Source: a virus
Lineage: Duplodnaviria; Caudoviricetes
Reading direction: 5' to 3' (one strand)
Virus record (IMG/VR): IMGVR_UViG_3300025127_000044
Location: 1-57,273 of that record
DNA length: 57,273 nt
Each line of letters starts with the position of its first letter. Position 1 is the stretch's first letter. A program made the position numbers and the translations under genes. Below, piece after piece: positions 8,612 through 17,731 of the stretch. Under the pieces are notes generated by a model that saw only the letters and a list, made by a program, of their open reading frames with translations, did no database searches and had not been told where the DNA came from.

Positions 8612-8809
8612 ATGTACTACAAACCTTATTCACAAGAATGGCATCGATTTAGAAATCTAAGAGAATCTCTTGAAGCTTACTTAGACGAAAAAATTGATCC
8701 ACAAGACATAGTTACTGATATTTTATATATCCTTGAAGAGAGATCTAGCGTAGCTTTTGCAAGTTACGAACAAGCTGAAGAACTTAAAAACTTTTTGACT
8801 GATCAATAA
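8612..8809 (+). CDS. Hypothetical protein
   Basis: 65 aa ORF. Confidence 0.7.
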   Translation: MYYKPYSQEWHRFRNLRESLEAYLDEKIDPQDIVTDILYILEERSSVAFASYEQAEELKNFLTDQ

Positions 8810-8810
8810 G

Positions 8811-9119
8811 ATGCTGTCTACCAAATATCGACTGAAGCTCCAGTTTATTTGTAAGAAAATTGTCCAAGGTGAAGAAGTTCAACTTGAAGACATGATTTGG
8901 GCCGAAAAGCTTGCTAAAGCAAACAGCACAGCAGCAACTTGGCTAAGACAAGCCCGCAGGAAAGCTGAGAATCCCGATATGACTGACGGCGGAATGGATG
9001 ATTTTATGAATATGCTTGACCTTGGTAATAGAGAAGGACAAGGCCCTTTTACTGGCGCTGACGAGATTCTTGATTTCTTTAGGCAAGACAAACCTGATGA
9101 TTGGAGGCAACGTGATTAG
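8811..9119 (+). CDS. Conserved cyanophage-type hypothetical protein
   Basis: MLSTKYRLKLQFICK ... KPDDWRQRD pattern recalled from cyanophages. Confidence 0.75.
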   Translation: MLSTKYRLKLQFICKKIVQGEEVQLEDMIWAEKLAKANSTAATWLRQARRKAENPDMTDGGMDDFMNMLDLGNREGQGPFTGADEILDFFRQDKPDDWRQRD

Positions 9120-9154
9120 TGCCAAAATAGTACTAATGATATGCTTATAAACGG

Positions 9155-9367
9155 ATGTCTCCGTTAGTTTATTCAAGGGTAATAGGCAGCTTACTTATAG
9201 TGCTGGCTTATTTTGTAGTATTACATGTAGACGTAGTCAGTGGCGCAACAGTTCATTTAATTGGAACTCTTATGTCACTCCCATTTTTTATCACTACTAA
9301 ATCCTGGGACGTCGTACTGATGAGAACATTCCTGGTGTTCATAAGCATCAGCCGGTTCTTTACTTAA
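9155..9367 (+). CDS. Small membrane protein
   Basis: 70 aa, about 3 hydrophobic segments. Confidence 0.6.
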   Translation: MSPLVYSRVIGSLLIVLAYFVVLHVDVVSGATVHLIGTLMSLPFFITTKSWDVVLMRTFLVFISISRFFT

Positions 9368-9440
9368 TGGCCTATAGCTCAGTTGGTAGAGCAGCTGACT
9401 GTTAATCAGCCTGTCCCAGGTTCGAGCCCTGGTGGGCCAG
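9368..9440 (+). tRNA. trnN: tRNA-Asn(GTT)
   Basis: Cloverleaf; anticodon arm GCTGA-CTGTTAA-TCAGC; GGTTCGA T-loop. Confidence 0.95.
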
Positions 9441-9443
9441 TAT

Positions 9444-9517
9444 GACTTAGTAGCTCAGATGGTTAGAGCGCTGCCCTGTCACGGCAGAGGTCGAGGGTTC
9501 GAGCCCCTTCTAGGTCG
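9444..9517 (+). tRNA. trnD: tRNA-Asp(GTC)
   Basis: Anticodon arm CTGCC-CTGTCAC-GGCAG; acceptor GACTTAG/CTAGGTC. Confidence 0.95.
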
Positions 9518-9543
9518 TTTAACTAGTTATAGTTAATAGAAAT

Positions 9544-9617
9544 GCCCGCATAGCTCAGCTGGATAGAGCAGCTGTTTTGTAAACAGCAGGTCGTCCGTTC
9601 AAGTCGGACTGCGGGCT
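9544..9617 (+). tRNA. trnT: tRNA-Thr(TGT)
   Basis: Anticodon arm GCTGT-TTTGTAA-ACAGC; acceptor GCCCGCA/TGCGGGC. Confidence 0.95.
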
Positions 9618-9878
9618 TCAATCAGTCGAATCGTTAGGAGTGTTTAACTGTAAATTATTTTCTTCACGAAGCTCTTTTACTGTTTGCCTAAGAGATGTAG
9701 CAGTTTTTTCATAAGATTCAGCTCTTAATTCTAAAATTGCAATCTCTTTTTTTGCTTCTTCTTGCTTATATTTTTTATATTCAGAATCAGGAATAACATA
9801 CACATCTGATCCAAATGGGATTTCAGAATATCCTGTGATTTGGGGCTGAAGATGAAATGGAAGCCGATAGTATGACAT
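9618..9878 (-). CDS. Coiled-coil hypothetical protein
   Basis: VYVIPDSEY followed by a heptad-rich helix; resembles a small picocyanobacterial family (from recollection). Confidence 0.65.
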   Translation of the reverse strand: MSYYRLPFHLQPQITGYSEIPFGSDVYVIPDSEYKKYKQEEAKKEIAILELRAESYEKTATSLRQTVKELREENNLQLNTPNDSTD

Positions 9879-9964
9879 AGTTTGTATGCTGACTATAAAA
9901 AGTCTACGCTAATAGAGCAAGCAGTGTAGTTATTATGTGAGAGTAATTACCGAAGTAATTATTA

Positions 9965-10037
9965 GGGGAATTAGCTCAGTTGGTAGAGCACCTGCTTTGC
10001 AAGCAGGCTGTCAGCGGTTCGAGTCCGCTATTCTCCA
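9965..10037 (+). tRNA. trnA: tRNA-Ala(TGC)
   Basis: GGGGAAT acceptor with G3:U70; anticodon arm CCTGC-TTTGCAA-GCAGG. Confidence 0.95.
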
Positions 10038-10087
10038 TAGATATAATATCTATACGGGATAGATGATTTAAACTCTGGTTAGATCTG

Positions 10088-10321
10088 ATGTTTGATAAAG
10101 ACGCCATCGATCTTACATTCATTCATCCTTGGATGACACTGTCAGATGCACGGCTTCTATTTGAAGATGCTTATAACAGATTTAAAGACTACAAGAGATA
10201 TCACGGTATAAAAACTGTATATACATTAATGAATATGAGTTATGGGCACTGGCAAAGAGAATCTGAAGACCTTGTTCGTGCTCGACTAGATTTAATTAAA
10301 TCAAGATTGTCTGATAGCTAG
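10088..10321 (+). CDS. Hypothetical protein
   Basis: 77 aa ORF. Confidence 0.7.
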   Translation: MFDKDAIDLTFIHPWMTLSDARLLFEDAYNRFKDYKRYHGIKTVYTLMNMSYGHWQRESEDLVRARLDLIKSRLSDS

Positions 10322-10351
10322 ATATACTAAAGAAAGTATACCTATAATGTC

Positions 10352-11008
10352 ATGCTGGGCTTCGGTATTTTTGATGATCATAAAAACACGTCGCGAGATG
10401 ATGAATACAATTCATATGAAGATGAATATCAATCAAAAATGATTGGTGGAATTTCCGGCAAACCTATTGGTAAGGGGTTTAATTTTACTATTGATGGTAA
10501 AACATTAGGTTACCGTGACCCTCGTAATCATAACGCTAGTTCCACTGCTGCAAGAAAAGCCTCTGGCGGCCTTAGCGGTGCATCGAACCATGATCATAAT
10601 AAGCATTCATATAACATGACAAACAGCTTGTATAAATATGCTTATGGTGATATAGAAGCTGCTGGTAAAGCGCTTGGAATTAATAATGTAAATGAAAAAG
10701 AAGATGTTGACAAGCTGCACGAGTATTTAAGCCAACCTCGTGTTACTGAAGCAGCTACTGTTGAAGAAGTTCCCGATGAGCAATCCAAGGAAAAAAAATC
10801 TAAGCCTGAGCCCAATAAACCGTTTGTTATGAGTGATAGCATGGCTTCAAACCTTGCTTATTCAAAATCACGTCAGAAAAGACCTGACAAGGATGGTTAT
10901 GGTACAAGGGTCTATGAAACATATGTTTCTAAGTACAAAAAGCCTGGCAAAAACAACCTTAATAAACTACTGGGAAATAATAGTGAGAATTACTGGAGCG
11001 AGGCATAA
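10352..11008 (+). CDS. Hypothetical hydrophilic protein
   Basis: 218 aa ORF; TATACT box just upstream. Confidence 0.7.
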   Translation: MLGFGIFDDHKNTSRDDEYNSYEDEYQSKMIGGISGKPIGKGFNFTIDGKTLGYRDPRNHNASSTAARKASGGLSGASNHDHNKHSYNMTNSLYKYAYGDIEAAGKALGINNVNEKEDVDKLHEYLSQPRVTEAATVEEVPDEQSKEKKSKPEPNKPFVMSDSMASNLAYSKSRQKRPDKDGYGTRVYETYVSKYKKPGKNNLNKLLGNNSENYWSEA

Positions 11009-11123
11009 CTACGAACTACGTTTAACTACGTAGTTTTCTATATAACCTATTTTTAATCCCTCTCTTATCCAACTATGTTTAAAAAAGGATAATATAAGGA
11101 ACGCGAACGTAGTTAACGTAGTT
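11007..11123. repeat. AACTACG direct/inverted heptamer cluster
   Basis: AACTACG at 11007, 11014, 11024; reverse complement CGTAGTT at 11029, 11108, 11117; AT-rich spacer between the groups. Confidence 0.75.
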
Positions 11124-11161
11124 ATTTTGTGAGATCAATTCCAGCGCAATGAGTTTCAGTG

Positions 11162-11371
11162 CTACGTATATTCTGTAGTTTCTTCAGGTATATCAATATT
11201 TTTTAATTCCTGCTCTAACAATGGAGAGTTGCTGAATTCGGTTTGATTATTTAAATACATCACAATTGATCTATTTATCAATTCATTTACAGTTATGTCA
11301 TTATATGTAGCAAACAGCTTCACACACTTGTGCATATTATCCGATACACCGATATGCAAGCGTTTCATCAT
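11162..11371 (-). CDS. Ribbon-helix-helix DNA-binding protein
   Basis: MKRLHIGVSDNMHKCVKLFATYNDITVNELINRSI: beta strand then two helices, Arc/CopG-like. Confidence 0.65.
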   Translation of the reverse strand: MMKRLHIGVSDNMHKCVKLFATYNDITVNELINRSIVMYLNNQTEFSNSPLLEQELKNIDIPEETTEYT

Positions 11372-11411
11372 CTACTGCAGGTTCTGGACACTGTAACGGT
11401 CACCAAGTACC

Positions 11412-11520
11412 AAATGTGGTGAAACCACAAATACACATTTGCGGTTCTGTGAAACTGTGGGTTTCAACCTGTATAGATAGGTAACCTTGCTGATACCGTT
11501 TTTTCTGTAACTGTGGGTTT
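11412..11520. promoter_or_regulatory. Operator-like repeats in a divergent intergenic region
   Basis: Direct repeat AACTGTGGGTTT at 11453 and 11509; inverted repeats TGTGGT-GAA-ACCACA and TGAAAC-TGTGG-GTTTCA. Confidence 0.5.
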
Positions 11521-11545
11521 TGATATTGGTCCCTACGACAAGCAA

Positions 11546-11926
11546 ATGGCCCAGAAAAAAATCATGATTGTTATGGATGATAAGCTCCATAAACTCATAA
11601 AATCTTTATCGTACGTCTACGATGTATCAATTAGTGAACTAATTACAGATTTAGTCACTCCTGGCATTCACAGATTTGGTCTTCGCTGCTCTTTAGCTGC
11701 AGAAATCTTTTCTGAATATAATGTTCGACTAGATAATCGTGTAAATAAATGGTGTTGGGGATTTAATTGTATTGATTGCAAACATCTTAAAAACTGTAAA
11801 GACAATCTTTATAAGGGATCTTATATATCTCAGGACAGCTCTAAATGCCTTCCTGTTATTGGTGACCAATCTGATGGTGTTCCAGAGTATGTACACCATG
11901 ATTTTATATCCATTGATAATTCTTAA
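11546..11926 (+). CDS. Ribbon-helix-helix protein with Cys-rich C-terminal domain
   Basis: KKIMIVMDDKLHKLIKSLSYVYDVSISELI; C-x4-C-x2-C-x5-C cluster. Confidence 0.6.
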   Translation: MAQKKIMIVMDDKLHKLIKSLSYVYDVSISELITDLVTPGIHRFGLRCSLAAEIFSEYNVRLDNRVNKWCWGFNCIDCKHLKNCKDNLYKGSYISQDSSKCLPVIGDQSDGVPEYVHHDFISIDNS

Positions 11927-11994
11927 TAAATCTTTGTATATATGCTTAATAGCAAATAAAGGGCCGCAAGAATTTTTTTCATCAAAATAAGTTC

Positions 11995-12010
11995 GCCGGT
12001 TAACACCGGC
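11995..12010 (+). promoter_or_regulatory. Hairpin element H16
   Basis: GCCGGT-TAAC-ACCGGC, identical to H15, upstream of the DUF932 gene. Confidence 0.75.
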
Positions 12011-12068
12011 TTTAACCATTCGTGCTCGTCATAAACACGGCGAGTGTTGTATATATGAGATCTAATTC

Positions 12069-13025
12069 ATGCCCGCAAATTTCACATCTGGCTGGCTCGG
12101 CAACGGAGAACGTGCATGGCACGGTCAAGGCATCGTTACGGAAGGTACGTTGCCGGCGCGAGAGGCGTTTGAAACTGCAGACGCACTTTTTACTGTCGAG
12201 AAGCGAGAGCTTCTTTACCCCGCATACGTCGAAAACGACGGCGAACTTGAATACGATACCAAACGTGCTGGCGTCTTCGGAGTTATCCGTACAGACACCC
12301 AAGCCCTCCTCGGCATCGTCACCAAGCAATACGAGTTGGTGCAGAACGAAGCCCTCTTACGCATGGCAGAGTTCATCCGTGAAGAGGTCGACATGGACGC
12401 CGTCGTCGTACTTGCGAACGGGGCCAAAGTCTGCTTTACCGCCACACTCCGTGGTGCGGAGACGGACATCGTCCCTGGTGACACAGTAAAACGTCGCATT
12501 GTCGGCTACCTAGGACACGACGGCAAGACTGGTTGTGGTGCCAAGTTCACCAATATCCGTGTTGTTTGTCAAAACACATTGACTGCAGCGCTTGGTGAAT
12601 CAGGTGCTCACAGCAGCATTACTCACAAGAATGGAGCCAACAACAACTTCGATGCTCTCATCAGCAGTATCGATGTAGCACGTCAGGACTTTGTCACTGA
12701 ATGCGACCTGATGCGTGAGTTCTCACGTGTGTCTATGGGTGTTGATGCCTTCAACGAGTTTGTTGATGAGGTCTACAACATTGACGACAGTCAAGTGTTC
12801 CGTAAGCGCCGTCATCTTGAAACAGCTTTCCGAGTTGGTTATGGTCAAGAATATGCACCTTTCTCTTTGTGGACTGGCGTTAACGCCATCACTCAAGTAG
12901 AAACAAGCACTCGTGGCGCTACTGCATCCAAAGGTCGCAGTCAGTTTGCACGTGGTACATTTGGTGCTGGTGCTCAAATCAGTAAGCGTGCCTTCGCTGT
13001 TGCCAGTCAACTGGTAGGTGTGTGA
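12069..13025 (+). CDS. DUF932/DUF945 family phage/plasmid protein
   Basis: AWHGQG, LGIVTKQYELVQN, HDG, TNIRVVCQNTL motifs. Confidence 0.88.
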   Translation: MPANFTSGWLGNGERAWHGQGIVTEGTLPAREAFETADALFTVEKRELLYPAYVENDGELEYDTKRAGVFGVIRTDTQALLGIVTKQYELVQNEALLRMAEFIREEVDMDAVVVLANGAKVCFTATLRGAETDIVPGDTVKRRIVGYLGHDGKTGCGAKFTNIRVVCQNTLTAALGESGAHSSITHKNGANNNFDALISSIDVARQDFVTECDLMREFSRVSMGVDAFNEFVDEVYNIDDSQVFRKRRHLETAFRVGYGQEYAPFSLWTGVNAITQVETSTRGATASKGRSQFARGTFGAGAQISKRAFAVASQLVGV

Positions 13026-13194
13026 TGGCAGTATATATCGATTTTGAGGATGCTGAAGCTATTGCTCAAAGCATAGAAGAGCATCTGCAATACGACACTG
13101 ATAGTGATCATAAGTTTTGGGAAGCAATTCTCATACGATTGAAAATTGCTATTAGACATTCCTCAGATCTCTAGCAAAATGATTTAGGTTAAAC

Positions 13195-13212
13195 AAAAGG
13201 GGCTTCGGCCCC
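13195..13212. terminator. GC hairpin with TTCG loop, terminator-like
   Basis: AAAA-GGGGC-TTCG-GCCCC. Confidence 0.5.
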
Positions 13213-13215
13213 CTC

Positions 13216-13301
13216 GGGGGCGTGGCGGAATTGGTAGACGCACCAGACTTAAAATCTGTTGACTAGCAATAGTCGTGGGGGTTCAAGTCCCCCTGCCCCC
13301 A
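13216..13301 (+). tRNA. trnL: tRNA-Leu(TAA)
   Basis: Anticodon loop CTTAAAA, long variable arm, acceptor GGGGGCG/TGCCCCC; no intron. Confidence 0.93.
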
Positions 13302-13368
13302 TAAGCTTGAGTCCTAACTCTCGCTTTATATCTGCAAACGATAACATTAAGGTAGTCGCATATTAAAT

Positions 13369-13578
13369 ATGTCACGTACACATCGCAAAGAGCCCAAAGG
13401 TAGCGCAAGTATTCGTCACCCCAAAACACTTTCAGAACGTAGACAACTTGAATGCTTAATTAACGACCTCCCTAATTACGATTACAAAATCTCAAAAACA
13501 AATCGAATGAATCGTCATATTCCTCACTCATTTGACGATTTAAAGGCTAGCTCTTATAATCAAAACCACCATCAATAA
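13369..13578 (+). CDS. Small basic hypothetical protein
   Basis: MSRTHRKEPKG... 69 aa. Confidence 0.65.
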   Translation: MSRTHRKEPKGSASIRHPKTLSERRQLECLINDLPNYDYKISKTNRMNRHIPHSFDDLKASSYNQNHHQ

Positions 13579-13610
13579 GTATTAGACTGATTGAGAATTA
13601 AAAATATAAT

Positions 13611-15215
13611 ATGGCAATTAATGTTGAAGAATATGCCGTTGCAAATTCAATTTCTACACCCACTCGCCACGGCATAAGAGACTTTACAGAAGTCTTTGAG
13701 CATATCGCTGCTAACAATAATGGTAATCCTGTTATTGAACTCAATTCTGGTAGAGCATACGGTTATTCAAAAACTTTAATCTTTGGACGGAGACATCCTC
13801 GGCAATCTCGTGTGACTTTCCAAAGCACAAATCCTGGCGGCTACGCCGCTAATGCGGCAATGATTGCTATTCCCAACGCTGATGGCGAATGGGATCATGG
13901 CATGAAAGATGTTGTACTTCCTGGTAACCCTGATTTAGGGATGCCTGCTTTTGACAAAAGCTCTAATAATGGTCGTATTCCTTTTTTACCTGATCACGCA
14001 AAAGCAGGGATTTGGACAACTAGTGGTGGAATAGTTGCGGTCAATATACATTTTGATGTTTTCGAACACGCTTTCAATGATGGTCTTGAAGATCCTTTTA
14101 TTCATCTTTGGTTAGTTCACTACCATAGCGATGGCAATAGAGAAGATACTGATCCACATGTGCTGGGATGTAGTTTTGGTAAATCAGGTGGTAAACGAAA
14201 TGATCCTTGGTCAACTGCTATTTACCATGAAGGCCGTGGACTTAAGGTTCGAAACAGCTTTTTCAATAACAAGCGCATCGGTGTAACTCAGTCATACCCT
14301 GACGAAATCTATGATGAGGCTAGAGATGGAACAGAAGATGGTCAACATTTTAATGCAGGTAATCGGAAGTTTGCTTTAAGAAATAATCAAGCACATGGTC
14401 TGCAAAGTACTTTGGTAGCTTTCACTGGTGATAGTGCAGTAAATAGAGGAGCGATCATTACTAATAATCAATTGGACCTTGGAGGACGATTAATTACTGC
14501 AAGAGGTAGTGGAATTACGAATGCTGTCATTTCTAATAACGTCAATGGTGCTTCAAATTATCATGCAGTCTATGACATAGATACAGATGTATTTTCTAAC
14601 AATGTATTGACGAACAATACTGTTATGGGTGCGTATGACTATTTTGAATTAACAGACCAACGTAGGCCGAACAATGCTTTTAAGATTAAAGCTAAAAAAG
14701 CTAAAGGAAACATCATTTCTAATAATGCTATAGCTAATACTGAAAACCACGGAATACTTATTAAATCACCAGCAAAAGGCACTTCCATTATTGGAAATAC
14801 TTCTACTGGTGGATCTCCATTCCTTAAAGCTCATAAAAAAGCTACTGGCATGGTTGCAAATAATGCAACTGATGGAGATCTATTGATTAACGGAGGTCGT
14901 ATGACCACTGCAAATAATTTTGTCTATAGTGACGATCAGGACTCCGTAAATATAATCTCAGCTCAAGATCTTTCTATTGATCAATATGATAAAGCTATTA
15001 ACTCAATCAATGTAGTAGCGAATTTTGCTCGTAATGGTAAACGTATGATTATTAGCCATCAGCCTAAGGGGCTACATCTTCAAAAATATCGGGAGATGAA
15101 TGATGGCATATCAGCAATTCGTTCTGGCAAATATATTGAAGACGATATATATCGATTTGAGACCATTACTGGCATAGATTTAAATAATGATACTTTAATT
15201 GGCGCATGGTATTAA
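13611..15215 (+). CDS. Right-handed parallel beta-helix (pectate-lyase-like) protein
   Basis: Repeated I/V-I-S/T-N-N and IIGN motifs; C-terminus FETITGIDLNNDTLIG. Confidence 0.7.
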   Translation: MAINVEEYAVANSISTPTRHGIRDFTEVFEHIAANNNGNPVIELNSGRAYGYSKTLIFGRRHPRQSRVTFQSTNPGGYAANAAMIAIPNADGEWDHGMKDVVLPGNPDLGMPAFDKSSNNGRIPFLPDHAKAGIWTTSGGIVAVNIHFDVFEHAFNDGLEDPFIHLWLVHYHSDGNREDTDPHVLGCSFGKSGGKRNDPWSTAIYHEGRGLKVRNSFFNNKRIGVTQSYPDEIYDEARDGTEDGQHFNAGNRKFALRNNQAHGLQSTLVAFTGDSAVNRGAIITNNQLDLGGRLITARGSGITNAVISNNVNGASNYHAVYDIDTDVFSNNVLTNNTVMGAYDYFELTDQRRPNNAFKIKAKKAKGNIISNNAIANTENHGILIKSPAKGTSIIGNTSTGGSPFLKAHKKATGMVANNATDGDLLINGGRMTTANNFVYSDDQDSVNIISAQDLSIDQYDKAINSINVVANFARNGKRMIISHQPKGLHLQKYREMNDGISAIRSGKYIEDDIYRFETITGIDLNNDTLIGAWY

Positions 15216-15243
15216 GTATTAATTCTCATTTAGTATATTTTGT

Positions 15244-15272
15244 TTGCATTTTCACATAAAGATATGTAAACT
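15244..15272 (+). promoter_or_regulatory. Sigma70-type promoter for psbA
   Basis: TTGCAT-N17-TAAACT. Confidence 0.6.
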
Positions 15273-15329
15273 AAGTGTGTAGGCTAACTGCCGAGTACAT
15301 AACTCAAAAAATAACTCGCATTTATTTAA

Positions 15330-16415
15330 ATGACTACAATCTCTCAACCTAAATCCCAATTATTGGGTGATAGTTGGAGCGAGTTTTGTCAGTGGGTCAC
15401 AAGTGTCAATAACCGACTTTATGTCGGTTGGTTTGGAACATTAATGATCCCCTGCCTGCTCGCCGCAACTATTTGCTTCATTATTGCATTCGTAGCAGCA
15501 CCACCAGTAGATATCGATGGCATTAGAGAACCAGTCGCAGGATCCCTCCTGTACGGAAACAACATCATCTCAGGAGCCGTTGTCCCCAGCAGCAACGCCA
15601 TCGGACTGCACTTCTATCCCATCTGGGAAGCAGTCAGCCTTGATGAATGGCTCTACAACGGTGGACCATATCAACTTGTCGTCTTTCACTTCCTTATCGG
15701 TGTCTTCGCTTATATGGGACGCGAATGGGAACTTAGTTATCGACTCGGAATGAGGCCCTGGATCTGTGTTGCTTACTCCGCTCCCGTCGCTGCCGCCTCG
15801 GCTGTCTTCCTTGTGTACCCGTTTGGCCAAGGCTCGTTCTCGGATGGTATGCCATTGGGCATCTCTGGCACGTTTAACTATATGTTGGTGTTCCAAGCTG
15901 AGCACAATATTCTTATGCACCCTTTCCACATGCTTGGAGTTGCTGGTGTATTTGGTGGAGCTCTTTTTAGTGCTATGCACGGTTCTCTTGTCACGAGTTC
16001 CCTTGTTAGAGAAACAACAGAAAAAGAAAGCCTAAACAACGGTTATAAGTTTGGACAAGAAGAAGAGACTTATAATATTGTTGCAGCCCATGGTTATTTT
16101 GGGCGCTTGATATTTCAATATGCCTCCTTTAATAACTCTAGGTCCCTTCACTTTTTCTTGGCTGCTTGGCCTGTGGTTGGTATTTGGTTTACTAGCCTTG
16201 GCGTTAGCACTATGGCTTTCAACCTTAACGGATTTAACTTTAATCAATCCATTGTCGATTCTCAGTCTCGTGTCATTAATACTTGGGCCGATATTCTCAA
16301 TCGTCAGGGATTAGGTATGGAAGTGATGCATGAGCGTAACGCTCACAACTTCCCCCTCGACCTGGCCGCTGCTTCTACAACTGAAGTGGCACTTGTTGCC
16401 CCATCTGTTGGATGA
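15330..16415 (+). CDS. psbA: Photosystem II D1 protein
   Basis: [48 protein letters not shown]; Gln130 form (GPYQL); no intron. Confidence 0.99.
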   Translation: MTTISQPKSQLLGDSWSEFCQWVTSVNNRLYVGWFGTLMIPCLLAATICFIIAFVAAPPVDIDGIREPVAGSLLYGNNIISGAVVPSSNAIGLHFYPIWEAVSLDEWLYNGGPYQLVVFHFLIGVFAYMGREWELSYRLGMRPWICVAYSAPVAAASAVFLVYPFGQGSFSDGMPLGISGTFNYMLVFQAEHNILMHPFHMLGVAGVFGGALFSAMHGSLVTSSLVRETTEKESLNNGYKFGQEEETYNIVAAHGYFGRLIFQYASFNNSRSLHFFLAAWPVVGIWFTSLGVSTMAFNLNGFNFNQSIVDSQSRVINTWADILNRQGLGMEVMHERNAHNFPLDLAAASTTEVALVAPSVG

Positions 16416-16439
16416 TCTAATTGCATCTTCGACTTGAGC

Positions 16440-16467
16440 GCCCTGGCAGCAATGCTGGGGCTTTCTT
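16440..16467 (+). terminator. Intrinsic terminator after psbA
   Basis: GCCCTGGCA-GCAA-TGCTGGGGC-TTTCTT. Confidence 0.65.
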
Positions 16468-16506
16468 GTAATTGTTATTCTTGAAATACAGATATATAAT
16501 TTACCC

Positions 16507-16659
16507 ATGCGTATTCTTGGAATCGCCGCATTAGCATTAGTAGTGTCTTCTTGTATGCCCAAGATTACTGACATTATTGAATCTCAACTGCCAGACGTAG
16601 AAGACATTAAAACAGAAATTCCCTCTGATATAAAAAAATCCCTACCGTCTTTTAAATAA
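16507..16659 (+). CDS. Small putative lipoprotein (50 aa)
   Basis: Hand-translated MRILGIAALALVVSSC: signal peptide with lipobox-like VSSC. Confidence 0.55.
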   Translation: MRILGIAALALVVSSCMPKITDIIESQLPDVEDIKTEIPSDIKKSLPSFK

Positions 16660-16810
16660 ATGTCTGATTTAACTACTTCAGAACAGCTTCTGCTAAAAAA
16701 GATTCTTGTATTTTATATGCACCATCATATGTCATTGAAGAATCCTCAATACAATGATGTGAATCGCATTTTAGATAAAATTAGAGTAAAGGATTCAGAG
16801 TCACCAGTCG

Positions 16811-17047
16811 ATGCTTGAGGCTAGCGTTACTTTAGCCATTGCCGCTATAGCTGGCTTGGCAACCATTACATCAAGGCTTCATGGGAGGATCCATGAAGTA
16901 GATCGTCGTTTAGATCAAGTTGAGCTCAGAGTAGCTGAACGTTATGTATCAAAAAAAGATCTAAATGAAATGCTTTCTCGAATGGAAGATCATATGGTTC
17001 GAATTGAAGAAAAACTTGATCGTATTACTTTAAGAAATCACGTTTAA
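16811..17047 (+). CDS. Membrane-anchored coiled-coil protein
   Basis: N-terminal TM helix then coiled coil ending IEEKLD. Confidence 0.75.
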   Translation: MLEASVTLAIAAIAGLATITSRLHGRIHEVDRRLDQVELRVAERYVSKKDLNEMLSRMEDHMVRIEEKLDRITLRNHV

Positions 17048-17090
17048 ACCTAAGTCTTGTTATATTTGTTAATATATCTCAACATATAAA

Positions 17091-17282
17091 ATGACTGTAA
17101 TTACAGAAGACGGTGGACGGACAAATATTTACGCCAAGGAACCACCAGTTCAAGTTATGGAAGTCTCCGTAACTCACAATGAAAAAGCTGAAATGTTGAA
17201 TGGACGACTCGCCATGCTTGGCATTATTGCTGCGTTTGGCTCGTATGCAGTTACTGGTCAAATTATTCCTGGTATTTGGTGA
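17091..17282 (+). CDS. hli: High-light-inducible protein
   Basis: AEMLNGRLAMLG chlorophyll-binding motif, TGQIIPG C-terminus. Confidence 0.97.
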   Translation: MTVITEDGGRTNIYAKEPPVQVMEVSVTHNEKAEMLNGRLAMLGIIAAFGSYAVTGQIIPGIW

Positions 17283-17473
17283 TGGAGCATTCTATAACTG
17301 AGCTTCTCCTGGGATATCTATTTGCAGGAGCGCTCCTTCTAGGAGCACCTGGTGTGTTCTTTTTTATTGTCTTCATGCCTGCCTTGCAAAACACAAAAGG
17401 CAGGCTTGTGGGCTATAAAGATCACAAGATTTATGGAGATTCTTCCATTTATAACTTAAGTAGAAATACATAA
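17282..17473 (+). CDS. Small membrane protein
   Basis: TM helix then PALQNTKGRLVGYKDH; coupled to hli. Confidence 0.7.
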   Translation: MEHSITELLLGYLFAGALLLGAPGVFFFIVFMPALQNTKGRLVGYKDHKIYGDSSIYNLSRNT

Positions 17474-17488
17474 TAAAAAACCACCTAT

Positions 17489-17504
17489 GCCGGCTACCAC
17501 CGGC
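17489..17504 (+). promoter_or_regulatory. Hairpin element H17
   Basis: GCCGG-CTACCA-CCGGC. Confidence 0.6.
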
Positions 17505-17555
17505 TATATTTATGTGGTGCCCGGCGATTGGGCCTGCTATATATCCCATGGATAA

Positions 17556-17729
17556 ATGAACATATCAAGAGAAGAGCTTACAGAGCTGACAGAAATTATT
17601 GAAGACACTGTTCAATATTTCTGCGATAAACACCAAGCCTCTGGCCAGCTTGCCTGGACTTGCGTTCAGGGCCTTGCCACTGCAAAAATTGCAGAACTCA
17701 ATGGAGAGCTTGCTACCATCATTAGTTGA
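17556..17729 (+). CDS. Small hypothetical protein (57 aa)
   Basis: Hand-translated MNISREELTELTEIIEDTVQYFCD...AWTCVQGLATAK. Confidence 0.7.
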   Translation: MNISREELTELTEIIEDTVQYFCDKHQASGQLAWTCVQGLATAKIAELNGELATIIS

Positions 17730-17731
17730 CA

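Noticed and set aside
9937-9955. Possible K-box heat-shock element upstream of gene 9878
   Set aside because: Only the TTCGG half matches; insufficient evidence
15330-16415. Group I intron in psbA, or an accompanying psbD
   Set aside because: The frame is continuous at 361 aa and no D2 sequence occurs in the window
15419-16574. Alternative-frame and antisense ORFs over psbA (and likewise over talC, nrdAB, primase and tail fibres)
   Set aside because: Shadow ORFs of well-supported genes with no recognisable motifs
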